DNA of 64,000 nucleotides from a virus (IMGVR_UViG_2917802685_000001:90159-154158); one strand, 5' to 3'; positions 1 through 10,521 are shown, counted from the stretch's first letter. A program made the numbers and translations. Notes: generated by a model from the sequence alone, not told the origin.

Positions 1-1014
1 GACTGGCTGACCGCCGAGCGCCGCAACGAATGGGCCTTGATCGACTTCCTCGGCCTGACCGCCGACACGTACGAGGTGGCCACCACCACGCCCCACGAGC
101 GCGGCACGCAGCGCGAGACCCTCGGCCGCGCGGACGCCTGGGAGCAGATGGGCAACGCGCTCCGCAACGGCCAGCGCATCACCATCGACGCCCGCACCAT
201 GACCGTGCACACCAAGATGGGCGCCCGCTGGACGTTCACGTGCACCGAGAAGGAGCCCACCCCCGTCACGGCCGAGGACGTTGAGGACGTCGACTACCGC
301 ATGTTCGTCGGCGTGCTGTTCGAGGACGCGAAGGACATGGGTACCTACAAGGCCGCGAACGTCCGCGCGGCGATCAAGAACAACGCCGACCAGGGCCACC
401 GCGCCGTGCGCACCGAGGACGGCATGATCCACGTGTACTACTCCTGGTTCGTGCCGCAGCGCCCCGGGGCCGAGGAGAGCCCCGCCGCGCCCGCCGAGGA
501 ACTGGACCGCATGGGGCGCCCGCACATCGCGATTGCGCCCAAGCCCGGCGAGGACTCCGTCTCTCACCTGTCGGCGGGGAGCGCGCTCACCCGTGGCCTG
601 CCGCTGAACATGCTGGCGCATCCGGCCGTCGAGGAGCAGCCCGGCGCGCCCGTGGCCATCAACCCCCAGGAGCGCCCGCCCCTCGCCGAACGCGTGACCG
701 TGGGTGATCTGAACGTGGGCGACGAGTTCGTGACGCGCTGCGGGTGGACGGTGCTTGCCATCGACGGCGGCACGTTCACCGCCGAGCGCTACGACGGCGG
801 GCAGACCGTGACTCAGACCGTGCCGGAGAGCACCGAGGTACTGCGCACCCGCCGCGCCCCGCAGGTGCGTGGTGTGGTTCCCAGCCCGCACGGTGTGGGG
901 ACTGCCGTGGTGCTGGCGCCCCGCAGCGTGGGCGACACGGAGCCCTGGGCGGACGCGGCTGACACGAGGTACGGCGCCCGGTACGAGGAGACGGAGGTGG
1001 AGCGCGAGGCGTAG
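1..1014 (+). CDS. Hypothetical phage protein, 5'-truncated by window edge
   Basis: Frame open from base 1 (DWLTAERRNEWALID...), strong GC3 bias. Confidence 0.8.
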   Translation, partial: DWLTAERRNEWALIDFLGLTADTYEVATTTPHERGTQRETLGRADAWEQMGNALRNGQRITIDARTMTVHTKMGARWTFTCTEKEPTPVTAEDVEDVDYRMFVGVLFEDAKDMGTYKAANVRAAIKNNADQGHRAVRTEDGMIHVYYSWFVPQRPGAEESPAAPAEELDRMGRPHIAIAPKPGEDSVSHLSAGSALTRGLPLNMLAHPAVEEQPGAPVAINPQERPPLAERVTVGDLNVGDEFVTRCGWTVLAIDGGTFTAERYDGGQTVTQTVPESTEVLRTRRAPQVRGVVPSPHGVGTAVVLAPRSVGDTEPWADAADTRYGARYEETEVEREA

Positions 1015-1096
1015 CCGGGGGCACGCAGACACAGCAGGGGCCGGGAGGGCATCCCGCGCCCCTGCTGGCGTGTCCGCGATTGGTCGGCACCCCGGC

Positions 1097-1130
1097 TTGA
1101 CACTGGCAACAACTGTTGCTGTAGAGTGGG
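1097..1130 (+). promoter_or_regulatory. Early promoter P1 with palindromic operator (19-bp spacer)
   Basis: TTGACA-19nt-TAGAGT; GCAAC-AACT-GTTGC at 1106-1119. Confidence 0.85.
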
Positions 1131-1169
1131 ACGCGTCCCGCCGGACACCACCACGAAGGAGCACACCCC

Positions 1170-2600
1170 ATGAGCGTGATCGAGATCAAGCGCAAGCCGA
1201 CCGCCCGCCAGGTCGAGGCGCTGCGCACCGGGACCACGAACCCCGAGGGCATCATCGAGGTGACCGCCGACAAGCGCACCCATGAGGGGCTCGTGGGCCG
1301 TGGCCTGGCCGACTGGAAGCGCCCCGAGACCCTGGGGCTCGGCCGCAGCGTCCACGGTACGGCCCTGTGCGTGATCAACAGCCAGGGGCGTGACTACCTC
1401 GCCAAGCTGGACGGTGTGGAGATCACCCGCGACGACGTGGCCGAGGGCAAGCGGCTCGCGCTGGCCTACCTCGGGTTCGGCGAGCGCCGCCGGGAGGCCG
1501 AGCAGGCCCCCGCCTCCGTGGTGTTGAAGGGTGAGTTCGCCCGGGTGCGCCGCGTGATGCGCCGCGCCATGCGCAACGCCGGTGCCGAGGCCGCGAACAA
1601 CGCGCTGAACCAGTACAACCGCACTCACGCGCTGCTGCTCGCGGCGCGTAGGTTCGACCAGGAGGACGCGGCCACGGCCGCGCAGGACACCACCACCACG
1701 ACCGAGGAGGCCCCCGTGGCCGAGACCCCCGTGCACGACCCCTACGCCCCGACCCCGGGCATCGACGTGGACGGACGCCCGTACGCCGTGGGGGACACCG
1801 TGGAGTCCACCCACCGCGCCCGCACCGGCGCCCGGCGCGGTAAGGCCGCTGAGGTGGGCACCGTGACCGCCGTGGTTGACGGGCGCCCCGTGGTCCGCTT
1901 CACCACCGGCGACCAGGACGAGACCGACGTGCGCCCTGACCTGTTCCGTATCACCACCCCCGCCGCGCCCGTCAACGAGCCTGCCGACTTCCGGGGCCTC
2001 ACCCGCGACGACGTGGCCCACGATGCCGCCCAGGCGCTCGCGACGCTGTCCGACGACGACCGCGCCACGGTCGAGGGCAAGGCACCCTCGGTGGTGCTGG
2101 GGCTGGCGTTCCGCCGGGCGCAGACGGCATGGTGCGCCACCCGCCGGGAGCACACCGCCGAGGAGTCGGCCGTGTACGACCGTCAGGCGAACATCGCGAG
2201 CGCTGCGCTGATCTTCGAGCGAGCCGACGACCCCGAGGCCGCCGCCACCGCGCGCGCCGACGACTTCCGCATCACGAACGCCGAGCGCGCCGCCAAGGCC
2301 AAGCGCATCGAGGAGGCCCGCGCTCGGGCGCTCGTCGTCGAGTGGGCGAACTCCGAGCCCTACCGGGGTTACGCCGTGCGCACCGAGGACCGTGGCCACG
2401 GCATCATCGCCGTCTACGTCCGGGGCAGCGCCGACGAGAGCAGCAAGATCGAGAAGGCGGGCAACGCGTACGCCCGGGAACACCTCACCTTCGAGCCGGG
2501 CCTGTCGGCCCACGCGAACGGGGGCGGGGAGTTCTTCCAGGGTGAGTACATCGCGCAGATGATCTACACCACGAAGCGGCTCGCCCCGCGCGAGGACTGA
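1170..2600 (+). CDS. Multidomain protein with N-terminal winged-helix-like domain and central SH3/KOW-like segment
   Basis: RBS AAGGAG; N-terminus paralogous to 5518 ORF (RKPTA...RTH.G...VIN..GR.YLAKLD). Confidence 0.8.
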   Translation: MSVIEIKRKPTARQVEALRTGTTNPEGIIEVTADKRTHEGLVGRGLADWKRPETLGLGRSVHGTALCVINSQGRDYLAKLDGVEITRDDVAEGKRLALAYLGFGERRREAEQAPASVVLKGEFARVRRVMRRAMRNAGAEAANNALNQYNRTHALLLAARRFDQEDAATAAQDTTTTTEEAPVAETPVHDPYAPTPGIDVDGRPYAVGDTVESTHRARTGARRGKAAEVGTVTAVVDGRPVVRFTTGDQDETDVRPDLFRITTPAAPVNEPADFRGLTRDDVAHDAAQALATLSDDDRATVEGKAPSVVLGLAFRRAQTAWCATRREHTAEESAVYDRQANIASAALIFERADDPEAAATARADDFRITNAERAAKAKRIEEARARALVVEWANSEPYRGYAVRTEDRGHGIIAVYVRGSADESSKIEKAGNAYAREHLTFEPGLSAHANGGGEFFQGEYIAQMIYTTKRLAPRED

Positions 2601-2704
2601 CACCAGGGCGCCCAGGAGCGCCGACTAGCGCCCGGTCGACCCCACCGGCCGGGCGCGCCCCGCAGGACCACCACACGCCAGCACGGCCACGAGGAGACAC
2701 CACC

Positions 2705-3148
2705 ATGAACGAGACCATCAGCCCCGCCGCCCGCGCCGTCCTGGGGATCATCGTCACCGTCACCGCGACGGGGGAGTACGCCCGCGCCCGGCTCGCGTTC
2801 GGCGAGGGCAGCGAGCACGCGGGCATGGTCGAGATCGGCATGGCCGACGGCACCAAGCGGTACGTCACCGCCATGGAGATCGCTCCGGCCCAGGGGTTCC
2901 CGATTCAGATGCGGGCCATCCCGGTGTACCCGGACGCCGCCGACGGTTCCAGCCGCCCCATGGGACTGTGCCAGAACGAGGGGTGCGGGCTGGTCGAGTC
3001 GAACGTCATCGACGTGGTGGCCACCAAGGGAGCGCGCTACACCTGCGGGGACTGGTACGTGAAGCGGGGAGGGCGTGACGTGAAGGCGCCGACGGCCACC
3101 GTGTGTACCCACTGCTACGCCCAGGGGCGTACGCCTTTCAGCAGCTGA
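2705..3148 (+). CDS. Hypothetical protein with Cys pairs (possible Zn binding)
   Basis: RBS GAGGAG; CQNEGC and CTHC. Confidence 0.75.
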   Translation: MNETISPAARAVLGIIVTVTATGEYARARLAFGEGSEHAGMVEIGMADGTKRYVTAMEIAPAQGFPIQMRAIPVYPDAADGSSRPMGLCQNEGCGLVESNVIDVVATKGARYTCGDWYVKRGGRDVKAPTATVCTHCYAQGRTPFSS

Positions 3149-3230
3149 CGCAGCATCACCACGGGCGCCCCGACCACACCGGGGCGCCCCGCCTGGCAAC
3201 GACCACACGACCACGCCCAGGGGGGCAGCA

Positions 3231-3707
3231 GTGAGCACACTGGAGACGTTGACGCGCTACGTGTGGGCGGAGTCGCCCAGCCTCGCATGGGGACTGGTGA
3301 ACCTGCGGGAGGCGGATGACGGCGCATGGCTCTCCGGGCAGGTCCACACCGCCCAGGAGGACGCGGAGCGCCAGGAGGACAAGCGCACGGGGACGGCTCT
3401 CTACCGGGTGACGCGCACGAGCACGCTCGCCGACGAGAGCACGCCCGCCCCCGAGGGGGAGGACTGGGTGTTCACCTACAGCACCGAGGGCCGACACGAC
3501 GTGTGGAGCAAGCCGAATTGCTACAGCTCTTTCCCTGGCGTGAAGCGGCTCGATGGGTTCTGGACGTTCCCGGAACCCAGGGAGCCTATCGAGCGGGCAG
3601 CGTGGGCGAACCTGGAGCCGCGCACCGTGGGGTACGGGACAGCGTTCAGGGCGTATCTGCTGGCGTGGTCGGTGGACGTGGTGGGAGGGCAGCAGGGGGA
3701 CGAGTAG
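3231..3707 (+). CDS. Hypothetical protein
   Basis: GTG start, GC3 bias. Confidence 0.7.
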   Translation: MSTLETLTRYVWAESPSLAWGLVNLREADDGAWLSGQVHTAQEDAERQEDKRTGTALYRVTRTSTLADESTPAPEGEDWVFTYSTEGRHDVWSKPNCYSSFPGVKRLDGFWTFPEPREPIERAAWANLEPRTVGYGTAFRAYLLAWSVDVVGGQQGDE

Positions 3708-3865
3708 CCAGGGGCAGGGACTACCGGCGGCAGGGGCAGGGGACAGCATCCCGCCCCTGCCGTTCTGTGTGGGTGCGTGCGCATATGGGGTGAGTCGGAC
3801 ACCCCTCGGAGGGGGCGAGACCCGGGCCGGGCCAGAGCGCTCCGGAATTGATGGGGCGCACCCGC

Positions 3866-3899
3866 TTGACACGGGCAACGACTGTTGCCCTAGAGTGGG
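3866..3899 (+). promoter_or_regulatory. Early promoter P2 with operator (19-bp spacer)
   Basis: TTGACA-19-TAGAGT; GGGCAAC-GACT-GTTGCCC. Confidence 0.85.
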
Positions 3900-3926
3900 T
3901 ACTCCGCCACACCATGAGGAGCAGCA

Positions 3927-5351
3927 ATGGGCATCACGATCTGCAACGGCAAGCGAGTCGAGGGCTACGACCCCAACAGCGGCAGCAACAGTGAGGCCGC
4001 CGTGGCCGCCCACAACGCCGAGTGCCACGAGCGCACCTACGAGGGCGCGGTGCTGCGCCTGCGGGAGCGCAACGGCTACGACGACAGCGACTTTTACGCC
4101 CTGGTGTGGGACGAGGAGCAGCAGCGGGTACGGGAGATCCAGTACGCGACCACCCGGGGGTGGACGTACCACAACGGGGCGAGCATCGACGCGACGCACG
4201 AGGTGATCGCCAAGGCGGTCGCGCAGATGACCGAGGCGCGGTTCGCCCTGGTGCAGGAGGACTACGCCCAGACGCCGCGCAAGGAGTACACGGCGCGCGC
4301 CACGGTCAAGGGCGCAGCGGTCGAGGGTGTGATCGCGTGGGTGGGCAAGTCGCGTAACCGGTACATCGACATCGCCCGCTACGGGATCAAGGTCGAGGGG
4401 CGCAAGGGCTACGTGTTCCGTGACGCGACCGACGACGACTTTGAGTTCGACGTGCCGCCGGTGAGCGAGGCGGACATGATCACGTGGCGCAGCAACTGTG
4501 AGCACAACGTGCGTGCGGAGCTGGCGCAGGCGCAGGCGATTGCCGACCAGCGTGACCCGCGCCCCGCTGCTCCGGCCCCGGGGACGATCGTGGATGCCCA
4601 GGAGGAGGACGAGACGGGCATGCGGCTGTACGCGGTGGGTGAGTCGTTCTGTGAGGACGGCTGGGCGCAGCAGGTTGCGGCGGCTGTGGTGGACGAGTCG
4701 GCGGCTGAGTACACGGTGATGGGTCACCGGGCGGACGGGTCGAAGATGCCCGCCCGTGAGGTGACGGTGTTCCGGGCGCTGGGCATGGTGGCGCGGTGGG
4801 TGGAGAACGACGGGGCGCAGGTGTGCCACGACGGGCGTGGGGTGGTGCGGATCGTGCGGGAGGACGGGGCGCGGCTCATGCTGGCGCCGGTGCGCCCCCA
4901 GGAGGCCGCCCAGGGCCCCCAGGAGGACGCGGAGCGCCCCGGGGTGGCCGAGGAGACCCAGGAGGCCCCTACGGGCGCTGAGACGGCCGAGGGGGGCGCC
5001 CAGGAGGCGCAGGGGGCCGAGGAGCGCCACGACATGGTGAGCGGCCTCCCCATGGGGCAGATGGCTTGCCTGTGCGGGCTCACGGACGTGGATGCGCTCC
5101 TGGGGCACTGGGTGGCCACGGGTGTGCTGCCGGTGGTGCCGCTGGTGGAGATGAGCGGGGTGTGGCGGATCACGGGGCGTGGCGCCGAGGTGTACGCGGA
5201 GGGGGCGACGCAGGCGGAGGCGTGGGCGGACGCGGCGCGCCAGGGGTTCGAGCGGGACTACTTCCACGCGATCACGCACCTGAGCATGGCGGAGCTGGAG
5301 GCCCTCACCGCGCCCCAGGAGGCCGCTGTCGAGGGTGAGCGCGTGGCGTAG
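3927..5351 (+). CDS. Multidomain hypothetical phage protein
   Basis: RBS GAGGAG; N-terminal ERNGYDDSDFYA...YATTRGW motif typical of phage proteins. Confidence 0.8.
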   Translation: MGITICNGKRVEGYDPNSGSNSEAAVAAHNAECHERTYEGAVLRLRERNGYDDSDFYALVWDEEQQRVREIQYATTRGWTYHNGASIDATHEVIAKAVAQMTEARFALVQEDYAQTPRKEYTARATVKGAAVEGVIAWVGKSRNRYIDIARYGIKVEGRKGYVFRDATDDDFEFDVPPVSEADMITWRSNCEHNVRAELAQAQAIADQRDPRPAAPAPGTIVDAQEEDETGMRLYAVGESFCEDGWAQQVAAAVVDESAAEYTVMGHRADGSKMPAREVTVFRALGMVARWVENDGAQVCHDGRGVVRIVREDGARLMLAPVRPQEAAQGPQEDAERPGVAEETQEAPTGAETAEGGAQEAQGAEERHDMVSGLPMGQMACLCGLTDVDALLGHWVATGVLPVVPLVEMSGVWRITGRGAEVYAEGATQAEAWADAARQGFERDYFHAITHLSMAELEALTAPQEAAVEGERVA

Positions 5352-5445
5352 CTGCGGATTCCGTTGCTCTCGCCGGTGGGCCGACCGTGAGTTTTCGTTG
5401 CGACGGCCCTCGGTGGGTGCGGATTTCGTTGTTTGGGCGCCCCCT

Positions 5446-5479
5446 GGTACACGGGCAACAACTGTTGCGCTAGAGTGGG
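5446..5479 (+). promoter_or_regulatory. Early promoter P3 with operator
   Basis: GGTACA-19-TAGAGT; GCAAC-AACT-GTTGC. Confidence 0.8.
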
Positions 5480-5517
5480 CACCCCGCCAGACACTGAGAC
5501 ACACCGAGGAGCACACG

Positions 5518-6816
5518 ATGGGCGACCTGATCACCCGCAAGCCGACCGCGATCATGATCGAGCTGCTGCGCCAGGGCGCGGCGAGCCCCAAGGGGATCAT
5601 GTCGCTGCTCGACCACAACGACCGCACCCACGACGGCATCCTCCGCCGGGACATGGCCGACGTGACGCCGGAGCCGGGCGCTACGCACTCGTGGCTCGTG
5701 ATCAACGACCGTGGGCGCGCCTACCTGGCCAAGCTCGACGCGGCGCAGCAGGAGCCCGTGAGCGCCCCGCAGACGGCCGAGGAGCACCCGGTGGCCCCCA
5801 AGGGTCCGGCGCTGGCCGACATCGCCCGTGTGAGCCTGGAGACGGTCACGCTGGGCACCGGCGAGGCTGCCCGGGTGCGCCCCACGTATGTGGTGCTGGC
5901 GTACGGCAGCATCCACCAGTTCGCCGACATCGATGGCACGTGGGTGGAGGTGTGCGGGCGCTGCGGCGGCTCGGGTGACATGCCGTACAAGCACATGCAC
6001 GAAGGGGTGTGCTACGGCTGCAACCGCACGGGGCTGCGCCCCGACATCTTCACCGGCACCCAGGAGCAGCGGGACGCGTTCGTCTACCCGTGGGCGCTGC
6101 GCAAGGAGCGTGAGCGCGTGGCCGCCGAAAAGCGCGCCGCCAAGATCCACGCCAAGCGCGTCGCCGCCTGGCAGCGCTGGGAGGCCGCGAACGGTGAGCT
6201 GATCACCTGGTGCCGCTCCCTGACGCCGGACAGCGTGGAGGAGTACGACGAGGGGCGCCAGTCGCTCGCCGACACCCGCGAGGAGGCCGAGCGCATCCTG
6301 TGCGAGGGCGAGACCCTGGTGCGCTCCGGCCAGTTCGAGGACGGGGTGCACGCGGGCCGCTGGTGGGGGGACTTCCACATCGTGGTGCGTAGCGAGGTGT
6401 TCAACAGCTACGGGCACCGCGCCGCCAACCTGATCAAGGACGTGCGCGAGGGACACGAGCCCCTCGACGGGCGCGGCACGGCGCTGCTGACCAAGGTGAT
6501 GCGCAGCGCGGTGCAGGCGGCTGCGACCACCCGGTACGCCGGGCCGCTGGGCGCTGAGGTGACCGTGGTCGGCCGGGTGAAGCGCACCAAGATCGTTGAC
6601 GGCTTCAACGCGTGGAGCCCCTCGCGCCGCATGATCGTCCTGGAGGGCACCGGCGAGCACGCGGGGGTGACCGTGGTCGCCTACTCCGGGAGCGCCGCCG
6701 CAAAGGCCCTCCAGGAGGGGCAGGAGGGCGTGACGGTGACCGGGGTGGTGTCCAAGCACAAGGAGTACAGCGGCGCCCGTGACACGAGCCTGAAGAGCGC
6801 CAGGGTCACGGCGTAG
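5518..6816 (+). CDS. wHTH + Zn finger + C-terminal OB-fold (putative ssDNA-binding) protein
   Basis: CGRCGGSG...CYGC; C-terminal VTGVVSKHKEYSGARDTSL OB-like pattern; RBS GAGGAG. Confidence 0.75.
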   Translation: MGDLITRKPTAIMIELLRQGAASPKGIMSLLDHNDRTHDGILRRDMADVTPEPGATHSWLVINDRGRAYLAKLDAAQQEPVSAPQTAEEHPVAPKGPALADIARVSLETVTLGTGEAARVRPTYVVLAYGSIHQFADIDGTWVEVCGRCGGSGDMPYKHMHEGVCYGCNRTGLRPDIFTGTQEQRDAFVYPWALRKERERVAAEKRAAKIHAKRVAAWQRWEAANGELITWCRSLTPDSVEEYDEGRQSLADTREEAERILCEGETLVRSGQFEDGVHAGRWWGDFHIVVRSEVFNSYGHRAANLIKDVREGHEPLDGRGTALLTKVMRSAVQAAATTRYAGPLGAEVTVVGRVKRTKIVDGFNAWSPSRRMIVLEGTGEHAGVTVVAYSGSAAAKALQEGQEGVTVTGVVSKHKEYSGARDTSLKSARVTA

Positions 6817-6884
6817 GCACGGGCGCGCCCCGGGGTGAGGGTCGGCCGCCACGGCCCTCCCCCGGGGCGGTTTCTCCCACCCGC

Positions 6885-6918
6885 TTGACACGGGCAACGG
6901 TCGTTGCCCTAGAGTGGG
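6885..6918 (+). promoter_or_regulatory. Early promoter P4 with operator (19-bp spacer)
   Basis: TTGACA-19-TAGAGT; GGGCAAC-GGTC-GTTGCCC. Confidence 0.85.
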
Positions 6919-6949
6919 CCTCCCGCCGTTTGATGAGGAGCACTTGATC

Positions 6950-8542
6950 ATGACGAACACCACCGCCACCGCCGCCCAACTGCTCGCCGACGCCGCCGAG
7001 GCCGAGACCAACGCCGCCGCCCAGGACGCCGAGGCCGCCGCCCTGCTGCGCGCGGTCGAGCGTGAGCGCTCCTCCCTCGCCTACGCCCTCGCCGACCGCA
7101 GCAAGGCCCACCGCAAGGCCACCCGCCGCGACCGCCCCAACCGCCACGCCCAGGGCCGCGAGGAACTCCGCGTGATCGACGAGAAGCGCATCCCCCCCAT
7201 TGAGGCCCGCATCGCCGACCTCATGACCGACGTGGAGTTCCTCCAGGACGACGCCGCCCGCCTGCGCACCGTGGCCGCCGACTACCGCGCCCAGCACACC
7301 GCCGCCACCGCCGCCCCCGTCACCCTCACCACCCCGTACGCGTTCATCGACTGGTACGCCGACTACGGCACCGACAAGATCACCGACGCCGACGCGGACG
7401 CCACCCTCACCGCCGCCCGCACCGCCTACCGCACCACCGCCCCCCGCGAGAACGTCAAGATCACCACCGCCGACCCCCGCATCCTCGACGGCCTCACCAC
7501 CGCCGCCGCCGGATTCATCGCCAGCACCCGCGAGGACATCGACAACAACCCCGACATGGCCGGACTGCTCGCCCGCGACATCCGGCGCACCGAGCGATTC
7601 ATGGAACGCATCACCGAAGTGCGCACCCTGCTGCTCGACTCCGCCCAGGAAGCCCAGGAGGCGCAGCAGACGGCCCAGGAGGCCCCCGCCGCCCCCGCTG
7701 CGCCCCAGGAGGCCCCCACGGCCGCCGAGGGCCCCGTGCGCGCCGACTGGGAGCGTGACCTCCCCGCCACCCCGGCCACCGCCGCCCCCGCTGCTCCGTT
7801 CGACACCACGGACCCGGCCACGTGGGCCGAGACCCCCGAGGGGTACGAGTGGCGCGAGGTCGACGCCGAGACCGGCGAGCTGCAGCTGTTCGCCCCCGAC
7901 GGCACCAACCTCAGCGCCGCCCTCCCCGCCCCCACCGCCACCAACACCGAGGCGCAGATGATCGCCGCCCGCCCCCGCGTCACCACCCCCGCCCCCGCTG
8001 CGCCCCAGGGGCTCGCCGACTGGGAGCGTGACCTGTTGGCCGCCGCCCCCACCCTCCCCACCGCCGACCGCGAGCCCTCCGCCGATCAGAACATTGCCGA
8101 GGGCGACGACCCCCAGGGGCCCCAGGAGCGCCCCACCGTCGGTGAGAGCAGCGACCCCTACCCCACGCACAACACCATGGGCCGCTGCACCCACGGCCAC
8201 ACCTGCCGATTCCACCGCCCCACCGCCGCATGCGGTATCTGGATCCACCCCGACCGCACCACGTGCACCGCCACCCCCACCGTTCACGTCACGTGGACCG
8301 ACACCGTCAGGGGCCACCACCACGCCACGGTGACGCTCCCCGGCGGGGGCCGCGCCCGCATCACCTACGCCCCCCACGGCACCGTGTGGACGTACCTGGG
8401 GGCCGCCAGCATGGGCACCGGATCCCCCACCGTCGCCCGCGCCCGCTCCCTCGCCGACCTCATCACCCAATACGCCCGCCTCAAGGGCTACACCGCCGCC
8501 CGCATCGAGGAGTACGGCACCCCCGAGCGCCCCGCCCGCTGA
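6950..8542 (+). CDS. Coiled-coil / low-complexity hypothetical protein with two ADWERDL repeats
   Basis: RBS GAGGAG; heptad-rich N-terminus; Ala/Pro/Thr linkers. Confidence 0.8.
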   Translation: MTNTTATAAQLLADAAEAETNAAAQDAEAAALLRAVERERSSLAYALADRSKAHRKATRRDRPNRHAQGREELRVIDEKRIPPIEARIADLMTDVEFLQDDAARLRTVAADYRAQHTAATAAPVTLTTPYAFIDWYADYGTDKITDADADATLTAARTAYRTTAPRENVKITTADPRILDGLTTAAAGFIASTREDIDNNPDMAGLLARDIRRTERFMERITEVRTLLLDSAQEAQEAQQTAQEAPAAPAAPQEAPTAAEGPVRADWERDLPATPATAAPAAPFDTTDPATWAETPEGYEWREVDAETGELQLFAPDGTNLSAALPAPTATNTEAQMIAARPRVTTPAPAAPQGLADWERDLLAAAPTLPTADREPSADQNIAEGDDPQGPQERPTVGESSDPYPTHNTMGRCTHGHTCRFHRPTAACGIWIHPDRTTCTATPTVHVTWTDTVRGHHHATVTLPGGGRARITYAPHGTVWTYLGAASMGTGSPTVARARSLADLITQYARLKGYTAARIEEYGTPERPAR

Positions 8543-8643
8543 GCGCCCCCAGGAGCGCCGGGGCCGACCCCACCGGCCCCGGCGCCCACCCAGCCCCGCA
8601 ACGCCCCTCCAGCCGCCCGCCACGCCCCAGGGAGACACCACTC

Positions 8644-8901
8644 ATGAGCGCCAAGCAGAGCCGCACCGGTCAGATCGTCGGCATCCGCCGCACCACCGAA
8701 CCCGTGTACGAGGGCAACACCCTCACCGGACAGCGCGTGTGGACCACCGTCACCACCCGGATCACCGACGACGGCCCCGACCTCAACCGGCTCGTACACA
8801 CCCGCATGGACCCGGAGGAGGCCCTCACGTGGGCGCAGCGCCTCATCGACACCGCCGGGCAGACCCAGGAACTCCGCGACGACGTCGGCCACACCGCCTG
8901 A
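8644..8901 (+). CDS. Small hypothetical protein
   Basis: RBS GGGAG, ATG start, GC3 bias. Confidence 0.7.
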   Translation: MSAKQSRTGQIVGIRRTTEPVYEGNTLTGQRVWTTVTTRITDDGPDLNRLVHTRMDPEEALTWAQRLIDTAGQTQELRDDVGHTA

Positions 8902-8944
8902 CACACCCCCAGGGCGCCCCGCACACCCGGGGCGCCCCTCGGCT

Positions 8945-8986
8945 CCACCGACCCACCACGACCCGCCAGCAAGCCCAGGAGCGCCC
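8945..8986 (+). repeat. 42-bp intergenic direct repeat, copy 1 (contains RBS)
   Basis: CCACCGACCCACCACGACCCGCCAGCAAGCCCAGGAGCGCCC, identical to 9808-9849. Confidence 0.9.
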
Positions 8987-8989
8987 GTC

Positions 8990-9337
8990 ATGACCGTCAC
9001 CCACGGCACCCCCGCCCCCGCCGCCGACGAGGAGCAGCGCCCCGTCCCCGTGGAGATCGTTTGGATGCACCGTGATGGCACCCGCATGACGGGCCTGATG
9101 TTCATGGGCACCCTGCCCGCCGCCGACCATGCCGCCATCGACGCAACCGGCAAGGTCGACCAGTGGCAGATCACCGGCGGCACCCGCCGCGCCACCCTCG
9201 ACGGCTTCAACGACTACGCCGACGAGCAGCACGGGTTCCGCCAGCTCACCCCCGACCAGGCCGCCCGCGCCGCCGCTGACTGGCTCGGCTTCACCGGCCG
9301 CCCGGTCACCCTCAAGATCCTCGACGAGACCCGCTGA
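8990..9337 (+). CDS. Hypothetical protein
   Basis: Follows repeat-borne AGGAG RBS. Confidence 0.75.
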   Translation: MTVTHGTPAPAADEEQRPVPVEIVWMHRDGTRMTGLMFMGTLPAADHAAIDATGKVDQWQITGGTRRATLDGFNDYADEQHGFRQLTPDQAARAAADWLGFTGRPVTLKILDETR

Positions 9338-9412
9338 ACGCCCCCAGGAGCGCCCCACACCGCCCCGCAACGCCCCGCCCGACCGCCACACACCCCCGCA
9401 GGAGCGAACACG

Positions 9413-9763
9413 ATGAACGCCAGCCCCGCCGCTGACATGGACGAGTACCTCGCCGGGTTCGACGCCCGGCACGCCAACGACACATACACCACGCCCGACA
9501 GCTACATAGCCGCCTGCCCGCGCCCCGCCCTCGCCCGCCTCATCGCCGCCTACAGCCGGTACCTGGACGAGGGCATCGCCGCCACCGACGGGCATTTCAT
9601 CCCCCTCGATTTCGAGGCATGGAAGGCATCCCGCACCACCGAACTGCCGCCCACCGAGGCATGGGACACCCTCCCCCCGCGCCCCAAGGACCGATACCCC
9701 TTCGGCAAGCGCTACAGCAAGTTCAACAACAGCCAGCGCACCCGCCGCCAGCGAGGCCGCTGA
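9413..9763 (+). CDS. Hypothetical protein with basic C-terminus
   Basis: RBS AGGAG; ends KRYSKFNNSQRTRRQRGR. Confidence 0.7.
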   Translation: MNASPAADMDEYLAGFDARHANDTYTTPDSYIAACPRPALARLIAAYSRYLDEGIAATDGHFIPLDFEAWKASRTTELPPTEAWDTLPPRPKDRYPFGKRYSKFNNSQRTRRQRGR

Positions 9764-9807
9764 GTGCCCCGCTGCGCCCCGCCCACGACCCGGACGGGGC
9801 GCAGCAC

Positions 9808-9849
9808 CCACCGACCCACCACGACCCGCCAGCAAGCCCAGGAGCGCCC
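9808..9849 (+). repeat. 42-bp intergenic direct repeat, copy 2
   Basis: Identical to 8945-8986. Confidence 0.9.
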
Positions 9850-9852
9850 ACC

Positions 9853-10137
9853 ATGGCCACCCGCCCGCCCACCGACGCCGCCCGCCAGCGCGCCGCCGAG
9901 CACCTCGCCCTCCAGGCCGCCGACGCCCTCACCGCCGCCGGACACCCCCGGGCCGACGCCACCGCCACCGGCTGGGCCACGCACCCCATCCCGGGCGAGG
10001 TCCACGTGTCCCAGCGCGGCGGCACCATCTGGTCGAAGAACGAGGCCGCCGAGGCCTACGCGGCCACCCTCCAGGCCGCCGGATTCACGGCAACCATCCC
10101 CACGCCCGGCACCGTCCTCATCCCCGCCCACCACTGA
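9853..10137 (+). CDS. Hypothetical protein
   Basis: ATG after repeat RBS. Confidence 0.75.
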   Translation: MATRPPTDAARQRAAEHLALQAADALTAAGHPRADATATGWATHPIPGEVHVSQRGGTIWSKNEAAEAYAATLQAAGFTATIPTPGTVLIPAHH

Positions 10138-10152
10138 CCCCAGGAGCGCCCC

Positions 10153-10521
10153 ATGGGCCCGTACGCCAGCCTCGCCCAGCCCCACCCCAGCGCCGCCGTC
10201 GACACCCTGCGAGCCCTCGTCCCCGACGACGCCGACGTGATCCGCGTCCGCGCCGCCACCCGCACCGCCGCAACCGGCTGGGCATGGACCACGGCCGAGG
10301 TCCTCGGCGCCTACGAGTGGCCGCCTTACCCCGGCGAGCCGCTCCGCCCCATCGAGCGCACCGCCGACGACAGCACCCACGCCAGCCTCACCGTGTGCGA
10401 GTTCCTCCGCACCCACGAACACGCGCCCATCGTCCGCCAGGTGCGCGCCAACGACACCGCGTACACGTTCAGCATCCGCCTCAGCCGCCCCCGCTGGGCC
10501 GACTGGGACGACGTCGACTGA
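10153..10521 (+). CDS. Hypothetical protein
   Basis: CCCAGGAGCGCCCC-ATG leader. Confidence 0.7.
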   Translation: MGPYASLAQPHPSAAVDTLRALVPDDADVIRVRAATRTAATGWAWTTAEVLGAYEWPPYPGEPLRPIERTADDSTHASLTVCEFLRTHEHAPIVRQVRANDTAYTFSIRLSRPRWADWDDVD

